From: Candidatus Eiseniibacteriota bacterium | Lineage (GTDB): Bacteria > Eisenbacteria > RBG-16-71-46 | Assembly (NCBI GenBank): GCA_044223005.1 | Contig: JBGAML010000005.1 | Span: 64,001 to 128,000 of the forward strand | DNA: 64,000 nt | Direction: 5' to 3' | Translations under genes and position numbers: made by a program | Notes under the pieces: generated by a model | Told to the model about the DNA's origin: nothing | The model's database searches: none | The model's input: only the letters and a program-made list of their open reading frames with translations | Shown here: positions 1 through 10,016 of the stretch, in pieces | Numbering within the stretch: the first letter of the stretch is position 1 | Layout of the letters: the number at the start of each line of letters is the position of its first letter

Positions 1-648
1 CTCGCGACCCATCCCGCGGGCAGCTACGGGCCGTTCGCGATTGCCGCCGGGCACGCCATCGCCGTGCACGACGTCCAGCTTCCGGCGGGCGTCACGCGCG
101 TCACCCTCGTGCCCGGCACCGGCGCGGTCGACTGGGGGCTCGCGATCCACCCGGCCGATTCGACGTTCCAGTCACCCGCATCGATCGCGGAGAACATGAC
201 GTCCTGGCTCGCTCCGGCGGGACAGCCCGAGGTCGCGTCCGCCGTGGTTCCGGCCGCCGGGCGCTACGCGCTGGTCGTATGGAAGCACGGCGCGAGCGAC
301 CTCGCGACGCCGGGCAGCTACTCGCTCGCGTTCGCGGCCACCGCGCTGCCGGCACCGCCGCCGGAGTTGCCCGCGGCCAGCGGACTCCGACGCGTGTCAC
401 CGAACCCCACGGCCGACCGGCTCACGATCGAGTTCGACGTCGCGCGATCCGGGGGGGCCGTGCTGGAGGTGTACGACGTCCACGGAGCGCGCGTCGCGAG
501 CCTCGTGCGCGGAGCGCTCGCCGTCGGCCACCACGTGCGCACCTGGAACGGCCGCACGGCGGAAGGCGCGGTGGCGAAGTCGGGCGTCTACTTCGTCCGG
601 CTCGTGACACCCGAGGGAACGAGCGCTCGCCGGATCGTGCGCCTCTGA
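1..648 (+). CDS. Secreted protein, 3' part only, with C-terminal FlgD-Ig/T9SS-CTD-like domain
   Basis: Frame is open from base 1; ends SPNP..TIEF..LEVYDVHGARV..TWNGR..SGVYFVRL..RRIVRL*. Confidence 0.85.
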   Translation, partial: LATHPAGSYGPFAIAAGHAIAVHDVQLPAGVTRVTLVPGTGAVDWGLAIHPADSTFQSPASIAENMTSWLAPAGQPEVASAVVPAAGRYALVVWKHGASDLATPGSYSLAFAATALPAPPPELPAASGLRRVSPNPTADRLTIEFDVARSGGAVLEVYDVHGARVASLVRGALAVGHHVRTWNGRTAEGAVAKSGVYFVRLVTPEGTSARRIVRL

Positions 649-655
649 TTCGCCG

Positions 656-686
656 GAAGGGCCCGCGTGCAACTCGCGGGCCCTTC
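656..686 (+). terminator. GC-rich hairpin, probable terminator
   Basis: GAAGGGCCCGCG-7 nt-CGCGGGCCCTTC just after the stop; no U-tract. Confidence 0.55.
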
Positions 687-764
687 GCGTCGCGGCCGCG
701 CGCGGAGCGGCGTATCCTGCGACCAGCAGGTGTCTCCGGAGTTCGCACCACACGGGAGGTTGTC

Positions 765-1517
765 ATGGTCGCCGGCCGCGTCGTCCGCTCGATCCTCGTC
801 CTCATCGCGCTGGCGCTCCCTGCCCGCGCCCACGCCATGCTCGTCGTCATCGCTCCGCATCCGGACGACGGCGAGGCGTCGTGCGGGGGGCTGATCGCCA
901 ACACGGTCGCGGCGGGGGAGAGCGTCGTGGTGCTGACGATGACCGGTGGCGAACTCGCCGTGTACCAGAAGTCGCACGCCGAGGCGCGCGCGATCCGCGA
1001 AGAGGAGCAGCGCAAGGCGGCGGGCGTGCTCGGCGCGCGCGCGGAGTTCTTCGGCGGCATGGACGGATCGCTCGTCGTGGACGCGGCCAACACCGCACAC
1101 CTCGCGCAGATGCTGGCCCGACTGCGGCCGCGCGTCGTCGTGGCGCCGTGGCCCATGGACGTCCACGCCGATCACCAGGCGGCGGGTCTGCTGGCCTGGC
1201 GCGTGTTCCAGGATCCGTCCCTGCACTTCGATCTCTTCTTCTACGAGACGAGCAACAGCCCGCACACGGTGACGTTCGGCTTCGTGCCGACGGATTACGT
1301 CGACATCACCCGCGTGCTCGAGAAGAAGCGGGACGCAACATACGAGCACCGCACGCAGGGGCCCGCGGACTGGTTCGGGATGTACGTCGAGATGGCGACG
1401 TTCCGGGGCTACGAGGCCGACGTGAAGTACGCCGAAGCGTACCTGCACGCGCGCAACTCCTCGGGCATGGGCGGGCGCGCCGCGGCGACCGCGAAGACGC
1501 TCACCGGCAGGCCCTGA
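765..1517 (+). CDS. PIG-L/LmbE family deacetylase with signal peptide
   Basis: APHPDD and DVHADH metal motifs; GGAGG SD; hydrophobic N-terminus ending AHA. Confidence 0.88.
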   Translation: MVAGRVVRSILVLIALALPARAHAMLVVIAPHPDDGEASCGGLIANTVAAGESVVVLTMTGGELAVYQKSHAEARAIREEEQRKAAGVLGARAEFFGGMDGSLVVDAANTAHLAQMLARLRPRVVVAPWPMDVHADHQAAGLLAWRVFQDPSLHFDLFFYETSNSPHTVTFGFVPTDYVDITRVLEKKRDATYEHRTQGPADWFGMYVEMATFRGYEADVKYAEAYLHARNSSGMGGRAAATAKTLTGRP

Positions 1518-1542
1518 GTTCGGCCGCGCGAACAGCCTCAAG

Positions 1543-1578
1543 CGCGAGTGGCGCGGCCTCGCGGCCGCGCCACTCGCG
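1543..1578. terminator. Hairpin between convergent genes
   Basis: Perfect 16-bp stem CGCGAGTGGCGCGGCC-TCGC-GGCCGCGCCACTCGCG. Confidence 0.65.
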
Positions 1579-1601
1579 TGAAGCAGATCGGATCGGTCCG
1601 C

Positions 1602-2273
1602 CTAGCGGTACAGGGCCTTCAGCTGACCCCAGGTGCTGTTCTGCGTCGGCGTCGCGGCGAGCGGGCCGACGACGACCGCGCCGTAGGGCGCCACGTCCGT
1701 CACCCACACGTTCGGGCCGGTCATCTGGAATCCGTACTGCACGTGACGGCCCGGGTCGTTGATCGTGTTGAGGGTGATCGCGAAGTTCCCCGAGGCCGGC
1801 AGGACGACGAACTGGTCGACCGACGACGAGTAGTCCGGTGCGAAGTCACGGATGAACGCGCGCGCCACGTGCGAGACGGCGAGGTTGTTCGAGATCACCG
1901 TGCCCGTGAACGTGAGCGACTGGCCGGGGTACACGCCGTTCGTCTCGACGTACATGTTCGCTTCCATGATCTTGTTGCCCTGGGCGCCGGGACCGCCGCC
2001 ACCGATGTACCAGTAGGGATTCGGGTCGCCGATCGTGTTCGGGCTCAGGCGCAGGTCGTTGCCCGTGAACGAGGCGCACAGGTCCGCCGTGCCCCACACG
2101 CTGCCGAACTGGTAGGCGCCGCCGTCGCCCGGCAGGTTGAACACGTTCATGTAGCCGACGTACGGGTCGCTGCCCGCCACCGTCACCGTCGCCGCGAACG
2201 CCGACGCGGCGAGGATCGCCGACGCCACCAGCGCACCGGCCACCACGCGCTTCAGCTGGTTGCCAATCGTCAT
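1602..2273 (-). CDS. Secreted protein with C-terminal TWGQLKALYR tail
   Basis: GAGGAGG SD; signal peptide ending AFA; Gly/Asn/aromatic-rich body; ends ATPTQNSTWGQLKALYR*. Confidence 0.9.
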   Translation of the reverse strand: MTIGNQLKRVVAGALVASAILAASAFAATVTVAGSDPYVGYMNVFNLPGDGGAYQFGSVWGTADLCASFTGNDLRLSPNTIGDPNPYWYIGGGGPGAQGNKIMEANMYVETNGVYPGQSLTFTGTVISNNLAVSHVARAFIRDFAPDYSSSVDQFVVLPASGNFAITLNTINDPGRHVQYGFQMTGPNVWVTDVAPYGAVVVGPLAATPTQNSTWGQLKALYR

Positions 2274-2510
2274 GGATGCTTCCTCCTCATGGAGCCTGCG
2301 TGTCGGGGCTGGAGCCCCGCTCGGCCACGCGCCTCGATGACTAGGGAGAGGAGCGTTGCCCGGGTGCGAAACCTGTCTCCGGAATCCGTGAGTTCATGCG
2401 GACGCCGGAATTTCGTGAGACATGGCGGAAACTGCATCGATCGGCGCGAGCGATCCGTGCCCCAGGACGTTCGGGAACACGAGATCACCCGACGACAGCG
2501 AGAAGTCTAG

Positions 2511-2535
2511 GCTATGTTCGTGCGGCGAACAAAGT
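2511..2535. promoter_or_regulatory. 25-bp palindromic operator-like site, copy 1
   Basis: GCTATGTTCG-TGCGG-CGAACAAAGT; bases 2524-2539 are the exact reverse complement of 49229-49244. Confidence 0.7.
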
Positions 2536-2781
2536 CCTATTTTCAGCTGTTTCGGTACGCGCCGCCCGGGCGACGGAGTGCCGATGGGTGGCTCGAACGA
2601 TTCCTCATGTGACGGCTGCAACGCGCAGGTGCACAACACACTGCGGCCGTCGGAGCCGCCCCACTGGAACGCCGACGAACGTTGCGAGTTGCCGGAACGC
2701 GATTCCTGCCGGTGGTTCGGCTTGGACGCCGTGAGTCGCTTGCGTAGGTTTCGCGCCGGGGGCACTCCCCGCGGAGGGCAC

Positions 2782-3570
2782 GTGCACGACGAGCCGAACG
2801 ATCAAGGACCGACCGAGCTCCACGAGATGGACCCGACGGGCCGATTCACGGACCGGGCCTCGGACTACGTGCTTCACCGGCCCGACTACCCGGCCGCCGC
2901 GATCGATCACGTGCTCGCCGGGCTCGGAGACCCGGTGCGACTCGTCGTCGCCGACGTGGGCGCCGGAACGGGAATCTCGGCGCGCCAGGTCGCGGCGCGC
3001 GGTGCGCGCGTGCTCGCCGTCGAACCCAACGCCGCGATGCGCGCGGCGGCGACCCCCGGCCCGCGGATCGAGTGGCGCGAGGGGACGGCGGAGGCGACGG
3101 GCCTCGACCCGAAGAGCGTGCACCTCGTGCTCTGCGCACAGGCCTTCCACTGGTTCCGGCAGCGAGAGGCGCTCGCGGAGTTCCACCGCATCCTGCGTCC
3201 GGGTGGCCGGCTCGCCCTGGTGTGGAACGCGCGGGATCACGGAGATCCGCTGACGCGCGGCTACATCGAGGCCATCCACGCCGTGGGCGGCGAGCACCCC
3301 GCCGAACGCCGCGAGTTCGACCCGACCGTGGTGACCGCCGAGGGCCTGTTCACGCCTCCGGCACTGGCCACGGCGCCGCACGCACAGGAGCTCGACCTCG
3401 AAGGCCTGATCGGCCGCGCGACGAGCGCCTCCTACGTGCCGAAGGAAGGCGCCGCGTTCACCGAGCTGCGATCGCGCCTCGTCGCGCTCCACGCCGCGCA
3501 CGCGGATGCGGGCGGACGCGTGCGCATGCGCTACGTGACGCGCGTCCACCTCGCCACGCGTCTCGACTGA
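2782..3570 (+). CDS. Class I SAM-dependent methyltransferase
   Basis: VADVGAGTG, AVEPN, CAQAFHWF, RILRPGG; GTG start after GGAGGG. Confidence 0.9.
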   Translation: MHDEPNDQGPTELHEMDPTGRFTDRASDYVLHRPDYPAAAIDHVLAGLGDPVRLVVADVGAGTGISARQVAARGARVLAVEPNAAMRAAATPGPRIEWREGTAEATGLDPKSVHLVLCAQAFHWFRQREALAEFHRILRPGGRLALVWNARDHGDPLTRGYIEAIHAVGGEHPAERREFDPTVVTAEGLFTPPALATAPHAQELDLEGLIGRATSASYVPKEGAAFTELRSRLVALHAAHADAGGRVRMRYVTRVHLATRLD

Positions 3571-3586
3571 CGCGCCGCGCGCGCGA

Positions 3587-4171
3587 TCAGCGCCGCCGCA
3601 CGCCGCCCCGCACCCGCGCACCGCAAGGCAGGGTGGCGTCGCCGGACGGCAACGGGACCGGACGCGCCGCGCGCACGTATTCGAGGTCCGTCGCGTCCGC
3701 GGTGCTCCCGGGGAGCGCGCGCAGCCGCGAGAACCCGAGCGCCTCGAGCACGCCGATCGAACGCGCGTTGCGCGCGTCGACGCGTGCGAGGATGCAGCGC
3801 GTGCCGAACGTGGCGCCGAGATGCTCGATCACCGCGCGCACGGCTTCGCGCGCGTAGCCGTGCCCCCACGCGTCGCGGAACAGCACGTACGCCACGTGCG
3901 CCGTGGCGTCCTCGTGCACCGTGGCCTGGACCCAGCCGACCGGGCGGTCACCCGCCGCGCGCCACACGGCCCAGTTGCACCAGCGCTCGCCGCCGGTTTC
4001 CGGCCCCGCCGCCCAGCGCGCGATGCGGGCCGCGAGGGCGGGCAGGTCGGTCGGCGGGCGCTCGTCGAGGAAGTGATAGAGGTCGGGGTCCGAGAGTCCC
4101 CGGTACCAATCGGGCGCGTGCGCCGGGCGGAGCGGCTCCAGCCGCAGCCGCTGCGTCGTGAGGATCGCCAT
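3587..4171 (-). CDS. GNAT N-acetyltransferase (RimJ/RimL-like)
   Basis: LTTQRLRLEPL, WGHGYAREAV, NARSIGVLEALGF. Confidence 0.88.
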   Translation of the reverse strand: MAILTTQRLRLEPLRPAHAPDWYRGLSDPDLYHFLDERPPTDLPALAARIARWAAGPETGGERWCNWAVWRAAGDRPVGWVQATVHEDATAHVAYVLFRDAWGHGYAREAVRAVIEHLGATFGTRCILARVDARNARSIGVLEALGFSRLRALPGSTADATDLEYVRAARPVPLPSGDATLPCGARVRGGVRRR

Positions 4172-4241
4172 CGTCGTTCGTCTCCGCCGGCAGGCTGCAC
4201 GCCCCGGCGGCTCGGGGCGTGCGGACGTTGGCGGACTCGTC

Positions 4242-5627
4242 TCAGGCCGGCACCACGTTCCAGTTGGTCCGGAAGAGGTTCTCCGGATCGTACTGGCGCT
4301 TCACCCGTGCGAGACGGTCGTAGTTGACGCCGTAGGCGGAGTGCACGCGAGCACCTTCTTCCTCGGTGAGGAAGTTCACGTACACACCCGCGCTCGCGAA
4401 CGGCGCCGAGGCGGCGAAGAACTCGCGGGCCCACTTCACGCCCGGGGCGTCCTCCGCCGGCGTCTCCCAGCGGCCGTGAACGTTCATCACGTAGCGTGCG
4501 TCCCGGTGCGGATAGGCGGTCGCATCCACCGCCGGACGCGCCGTCGCTCCGCCGACCGCGCCGAAGAAGATCTCGCACGCACCGGAGGGCACGCGGGCCA
4601 CGCTGTCGATCACGGCGTCGAGGAGCCCGTCCTCGAGCTTCGCGAGGTTGTGCGACTTCCAGTAGTTGCGCGCGCCGTGCGTGAGCAGGGGGTCGAACGT
4701 CTGCTGCCACGCGACGTACGGCTGCACGCCGATGAACTCGCCCGCGGCCGCGCCGAAGTGCCGCAGCGGCTCGACGAGGCGGCGCCCCTGCTCGGGATCT
4801 CCGAAGTAGGCGAACGCGAGCACGACGATCCCCGTGCCGTGCACGGCGGGGGGCAGGAACGGCAGCGGTGGCGCCTGCCGCAGAACGGACCACACGTTGA
4901 GCTCCTCCGGCGCCGATGTCATGAACTCCCGGTATCGCTGCAGGACGCCCTTCGCCTCGGCGAGCGGGTACGCGATCAGCCCGCTCAGCACCTCGGGACC
5001 GACCCGGTGCAGCTGGAACTCGAATCGCGTGACCACGCCGAAATTGCCGCCGCCGCCGCGCAGGGCCCAGAAGAGGTCGGCGTGCTGCTCGGCGCTCGCC
5101 TCGAGCACGTCGCCCGACGCCGTGACGACCTCGGCCGCGACCAGGTTGTCCACCGTCATTCCGTACTTGCGACTCAGCCAGCCGAAACCACCGCCCAGCG
5201 TCAGTCCGCCGACCCCAGTGGTCGAGTTGATCCCGAGCGGAGTCGCCAGTCCGTGCGCCTGCGTCGCGGCGTCGACGTCGGAGAGCAGCGCCCCGCCCTC
5301 GACGCGGGCGCGCCGCTTCGCCGCGTCGACCGTCACCGCGCGCATGTGCGAGAGGTCCACGACCAGGCCGCCGTCGCACGAACCGCTGCCGGCGATGTTG
5401 TGCCCGCCACCGCGCACGGCGAGGACGAGCCCCATCACGCGCGCGAACCGCACGGCCTGCACCACGTCGCTCGTGGCGGCGCAGCGCACGATCAGCGCCG
5501 GGCGCTTGTCGATCATGGCGTTCCACAGCCCGCGGGCGTCGTCGTAGCCGGCGTCGCCGGGCTGCACGACGTCGCCGGTGAGCCCGCGGGCGAACTCGGC
5601 GACGGTATTCGAATCGAGAGTCTTCAT
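4242..5627 (-). CDS. FAD-binding oxidoreductase with berberine-bridge-like C-terminal domain
   Basis: RPALIVRC, VRGGGHN, DLFWALRGGGGNFGVVT, YVNF, KRQYDPENLFRTN. Confidence 0.93.
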   Translation of the reverse strand: MKTLDSNTVAEFARGLTGDVVQPGDAGYDDARGLWNAMIDKRPALIVRCAATSDVVQAVRFARVMGLVLAVRGGGHNIAGSGSCDGGLVVDLSHMRAVTVDAAKRRARVEGGALLSDVDAATQAHGLATPLGINSTTGVGGLTLGGGFGWLSRKYGMTVDNLVAAEVVTASGDVLEASAEQHADLFWALRGGGGNFGVVTRFEFQLHRVGPEVLSGLIAYPLAEAKGVLQRYREFMTSAPEELNVWSVLRQAPPLPFLPPAVHGTGIVVLAFAYFGDPEQGRRLVEPLRHFGAAAGEFIGVQPYVAWQQTFDPLLTHGARNYWKSHNLAKLEDGLLDAVIDSVARVPSGACEIFFGAVGGATARPAVDATAYPHRDARYVMNVHGRWETPAEDAPGVKWAREFFAASAPFASAGVYVNFLTEEEGARVHSAYGVNYDRLARVKRQYDPENLFRTNWNVVPA

Positions 5628-5679
5628 GGTGTCTCCCTGGAGGATGGAAGGGACATGGCGCGGCCCATCGGGAGATGCG

Positions 5680-6507
5680 TCAGCGTCGCCGCATCACGAT
5701 CTGGAGGTAGTCGGCGGGAACGGCGAGCCCGGGACCGCCGCCGCGATCCCATTTCGAGAGCAGTTCCACGAGCGCGGCGCGAAGCGCCTGCCGCCGATGG
5801 CGGCTGGAGGACGCGAAGGCCGCTCGCAGCTGGCCGCACTCGCGCCGGCGGTGGGCGATCCAGTGCTCCGCGGACCGGTGGCGATGGACCGCCGTGCGGC
5901 GCTCGATCCGCATCGAGCGCGCGTGCTCGCCGAAGAGTCCCACCAGGCCGTCACGCGTTCCCCACGCGCCGGGATCCGCAAGTCCCGGAAGTCGCGGGTG
6001 GACGCCGTCGAGCAGTCGCTGGAGTTCGCCGGTGAAGCCGTCCGGAGTCCATGCCGCGAGACCGATGCGGCCTCCCGGTCGCACGACCCGCACCAGTTCG
6101 GCGGCCGCGCGCGAGGGCTGCGCCGCGAGCGCGACCCCGAAGGTCGAGAGTGCCACGTCGAAGCTCGCCGCGGTGAACGGGAGGGAATCGGGCTCCGCGA
6201 GGCGCGTGAGCACGAACAGGCCCTCGGACTCCGCGCGGCGCCCGGTGTGCTCGAGGGCTTCGAGCCCCGCGGCGGCCGCCGTCACGTCGGCGAAACGCCG
6301 GGCGGCGGCGAGCGCCGCGTCGCCCGCCGCCGTCGCCACGTCGAGCACGTGATCGCTGGACCGGACGTCGGCGGCCTCGCACAGCGCCTCCGCCGCGAGG
6401 GGCAGCGAGAGCCCGCCCCGAGCGGGCCGGCGAGGGGCCCACGTCGCGGTCTCGCGAACACGAAGCGGGTGAACGTCGAAACGAGTGCTGCGGGTCTGCG
6501 TGCGCAT
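5680..6507 (-). CDS. Methyltransferase-like protein with degenerate SAM motif
   Basis: LPF..ASFDVALSTFG and ELVRVVRPGGRIGLAAWTP present; motif I reads VLDVATAAG; start uncertain. Confidence 0.65.
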   Translation of the reverse strand: MRTQTRSTRFDVHPLRVRETATWAPRRPARGGLSLPLAAEALCEAADVRSSDHVLDVATAAGDAALAAARRFADVTAAAAGLEALEHTGRRAESEGLFVLTRLAEPDSLPFTAASFDVALSTFGVALAAQPSRAAAELVRVVRPGGRIGLAAWTPDGFTGELQRLLDGVHPRLPGLADPGAWGTRDGLVGLFGEHARSMRIERRTAVHRHRSAEHWIAHRRRECGQLRAAFASSSRHRRQALRAALVELLSKWDRGGGPGLAVPADYLQIVMRRR

Positions 6508-6807
6508 CAGGCTCTCCGGCGTCCGGGTGTGGGCCCATCCCACGTGCGCCACCTTGCCCGAACGGCCACGCTGCGCGCCTTGCTTCGCGTCGCGAAGATG
6601 TTGCCGATCGTCCGGACGGTTCGCGTCCACGAGTGCGAACGCGAGCCCACCTGCGATAGGCGCAGGTTTCGCTTCGGCGAATCGCCGCGCGTTGCTAGCC
6701 TGCCCGCGCCCGCCCCGAGCGGGCCGACCGGCGTGGCCGCCGCGGCCGCAGGCCTGCACGCGTCACGCGAGACCGACTCGATGCACGACCTTGTTGGGAG
6801 GTACGGC

Positions 6808-7770
6808 ATGAAGAGAGTCCTCGCCGGACTCGCGCTCGCGTTCGCGCTGCTGCTCGGCGGCTTCGCGATCTTCGTCGCGACGAGGCAGCACCTCACGTTC
6901 GACGCACCGTTGCCCGCGATCACCGCGTCGGCCGATTCCGCCGTGGTCGCGCGCGGACGTTACGTCGTGCGCAATCTCGCGAGCTGCGCGGGGTGCCACG
7001 CCGACCCCGAACTCGCGAAGCAGGCGCCCCCCGGCGCCGAGGTGCCGCTGTCGGGCGGGTTCACGTTTGCGATCCCGCCGGGAAAGTTCCGGCCGCGCAA
7101 CATCACGCCGGACTCGGCGACGGGTATCGGCCGCATCACGGATGGCGAGATCGCACGCGCGCTGCGTTACGGCGTCGGTCACGACGGCCGCGCGCTGCTG
7201 CCGTTCATGGAGATGCAGGGGCTCTCCGACGAGGATCTCACCGCCGTCGTCTCGTACCTGCGCTCGCAGCCGCCGGTCCGTCACGAGGTGCCGTGGCACG
7301 AGTACAACCTCCTCGGCCGCATCGTGCGCGCGACCGTGCTCGCGAAACCGGTCGGGCCCCGGGCGACGCCGCTGCACACGAATCCGCGTGGGCCGACCAT
7401 CGAGAACGGCCGCTACCTGGTCGAATGCGTCGCCAACTGCTGGGCATGCCACACGCAGCGGGACTACAACACCGGCGCGCTCGTCGGGGCGCATCTTGCC
7501 GGCGCCTCGGTGCCCGACGACCACGATCCCCACCGCACGTGGGGAGCGCCCAACCTGACGCGTGCCCCACGCACCGGCCGCATGGCGAAGTACACCGAGG
7601 ATGCCTTCGTCGCACGCATGAAGGGCGGCCGCCTGCTGCCGGGCTCGCCGATGCCGTGGGAGGGGTTCCGCGACCTGAACGAGGACGACCTGCGCGCCAT
7701 CTACCGCTACCTGAAGACCGTCCCCGCGGTGGAGCACGATCCCGGGCCGCCGTTCGTCGACAAGTCGTAG
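6808..7770 (+). CDS. Membrane-anchored di-heme cytochrome c
   Basis: Two CxxCH motifs (CAGCH, CWACH); N-terminal TM segment; PRNITPD and APNLT motifs; GGGAGG SD. Confidence 0.92.
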   Translation: MKRVLAGLALAFALLLGGFAIFVATRQHLTFDAPLPAITASADSAVVARGRYVVRNLASCAGCHADPELAKQAPPGAEVPLSGGFTFAIPPGKFRPRNITPDSATGIGRITDGEIARALRYGVGHDGRALLPFMEMQGLSDEDLTAVVSYLRSQPPVRHEVPWHEYNLLGRIVRATVLAKPVGPRATPLHTNPRGPTIENGRYLVECVANCWACHTQRDYNTGALVGAHLAGASVPDDHDPHRTWGAPNLTRAPRTGRMAKYTEDAFVARMKGGRLLPGSPMPWEGFRDLNEDDLRAIYRYLKTVPAVEHDPGPPFVDKS

Positions 7771-7828
7771 CGGCGACGAGCGGGGTGCAGGCCGGCGGCG
7801 AGCGCGCGCGGGCGGCTCGCCGTCCCGC

Positions 7829-9620
<1,792 letters not shown>

Positions 9621-9702
9621 GCGGGCGCGTCACGCACGGCCGAGGGCCGGTGGGCGAACGCCGGCCGGCCCTCGTTCCATCGATGCGCGCGGCACTCGCG
9701 CC

Positions 9703-10016
9703 TCACATCGTCGCGGCCTTCTGCACGTCCTCGGGGAAGTCGGACATCTCCGGAATGCGCCGCACTTCGATGATGTCACCTTCGAGCATGGGCGCACGGC
9801 GCGCCCATTCGACCGCCTCCTGCTGCGACTTCGCCTGGATCAGCCAGAAGCCGCCCACCATTTCCCTCGCCTCCGCGAACGGCCCGTCGACCGCCCGCGG
9901 CCCGTTCTTCTCGAAACGCACGCGCGTCGCTTTCGCGGGCGGCTCGAGCCCGTCGAGCCCCATGAGAACGCCCGCCTGCTGCAGCGACTGGTTGAAGCGC
10001 GTCCTCTTCTCGATCA
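9703..10016 (-). pseudogene. 5'-truncated YciI (DGPF) family gene
   Basis: RFNQSLQQAGVL..DGPFAEAREMVGGFWLIQAKSQQEAVEWARRAP; the usual N-terminus and start are absent and the frame runs into the upstream gene. Confidence 0.7.
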
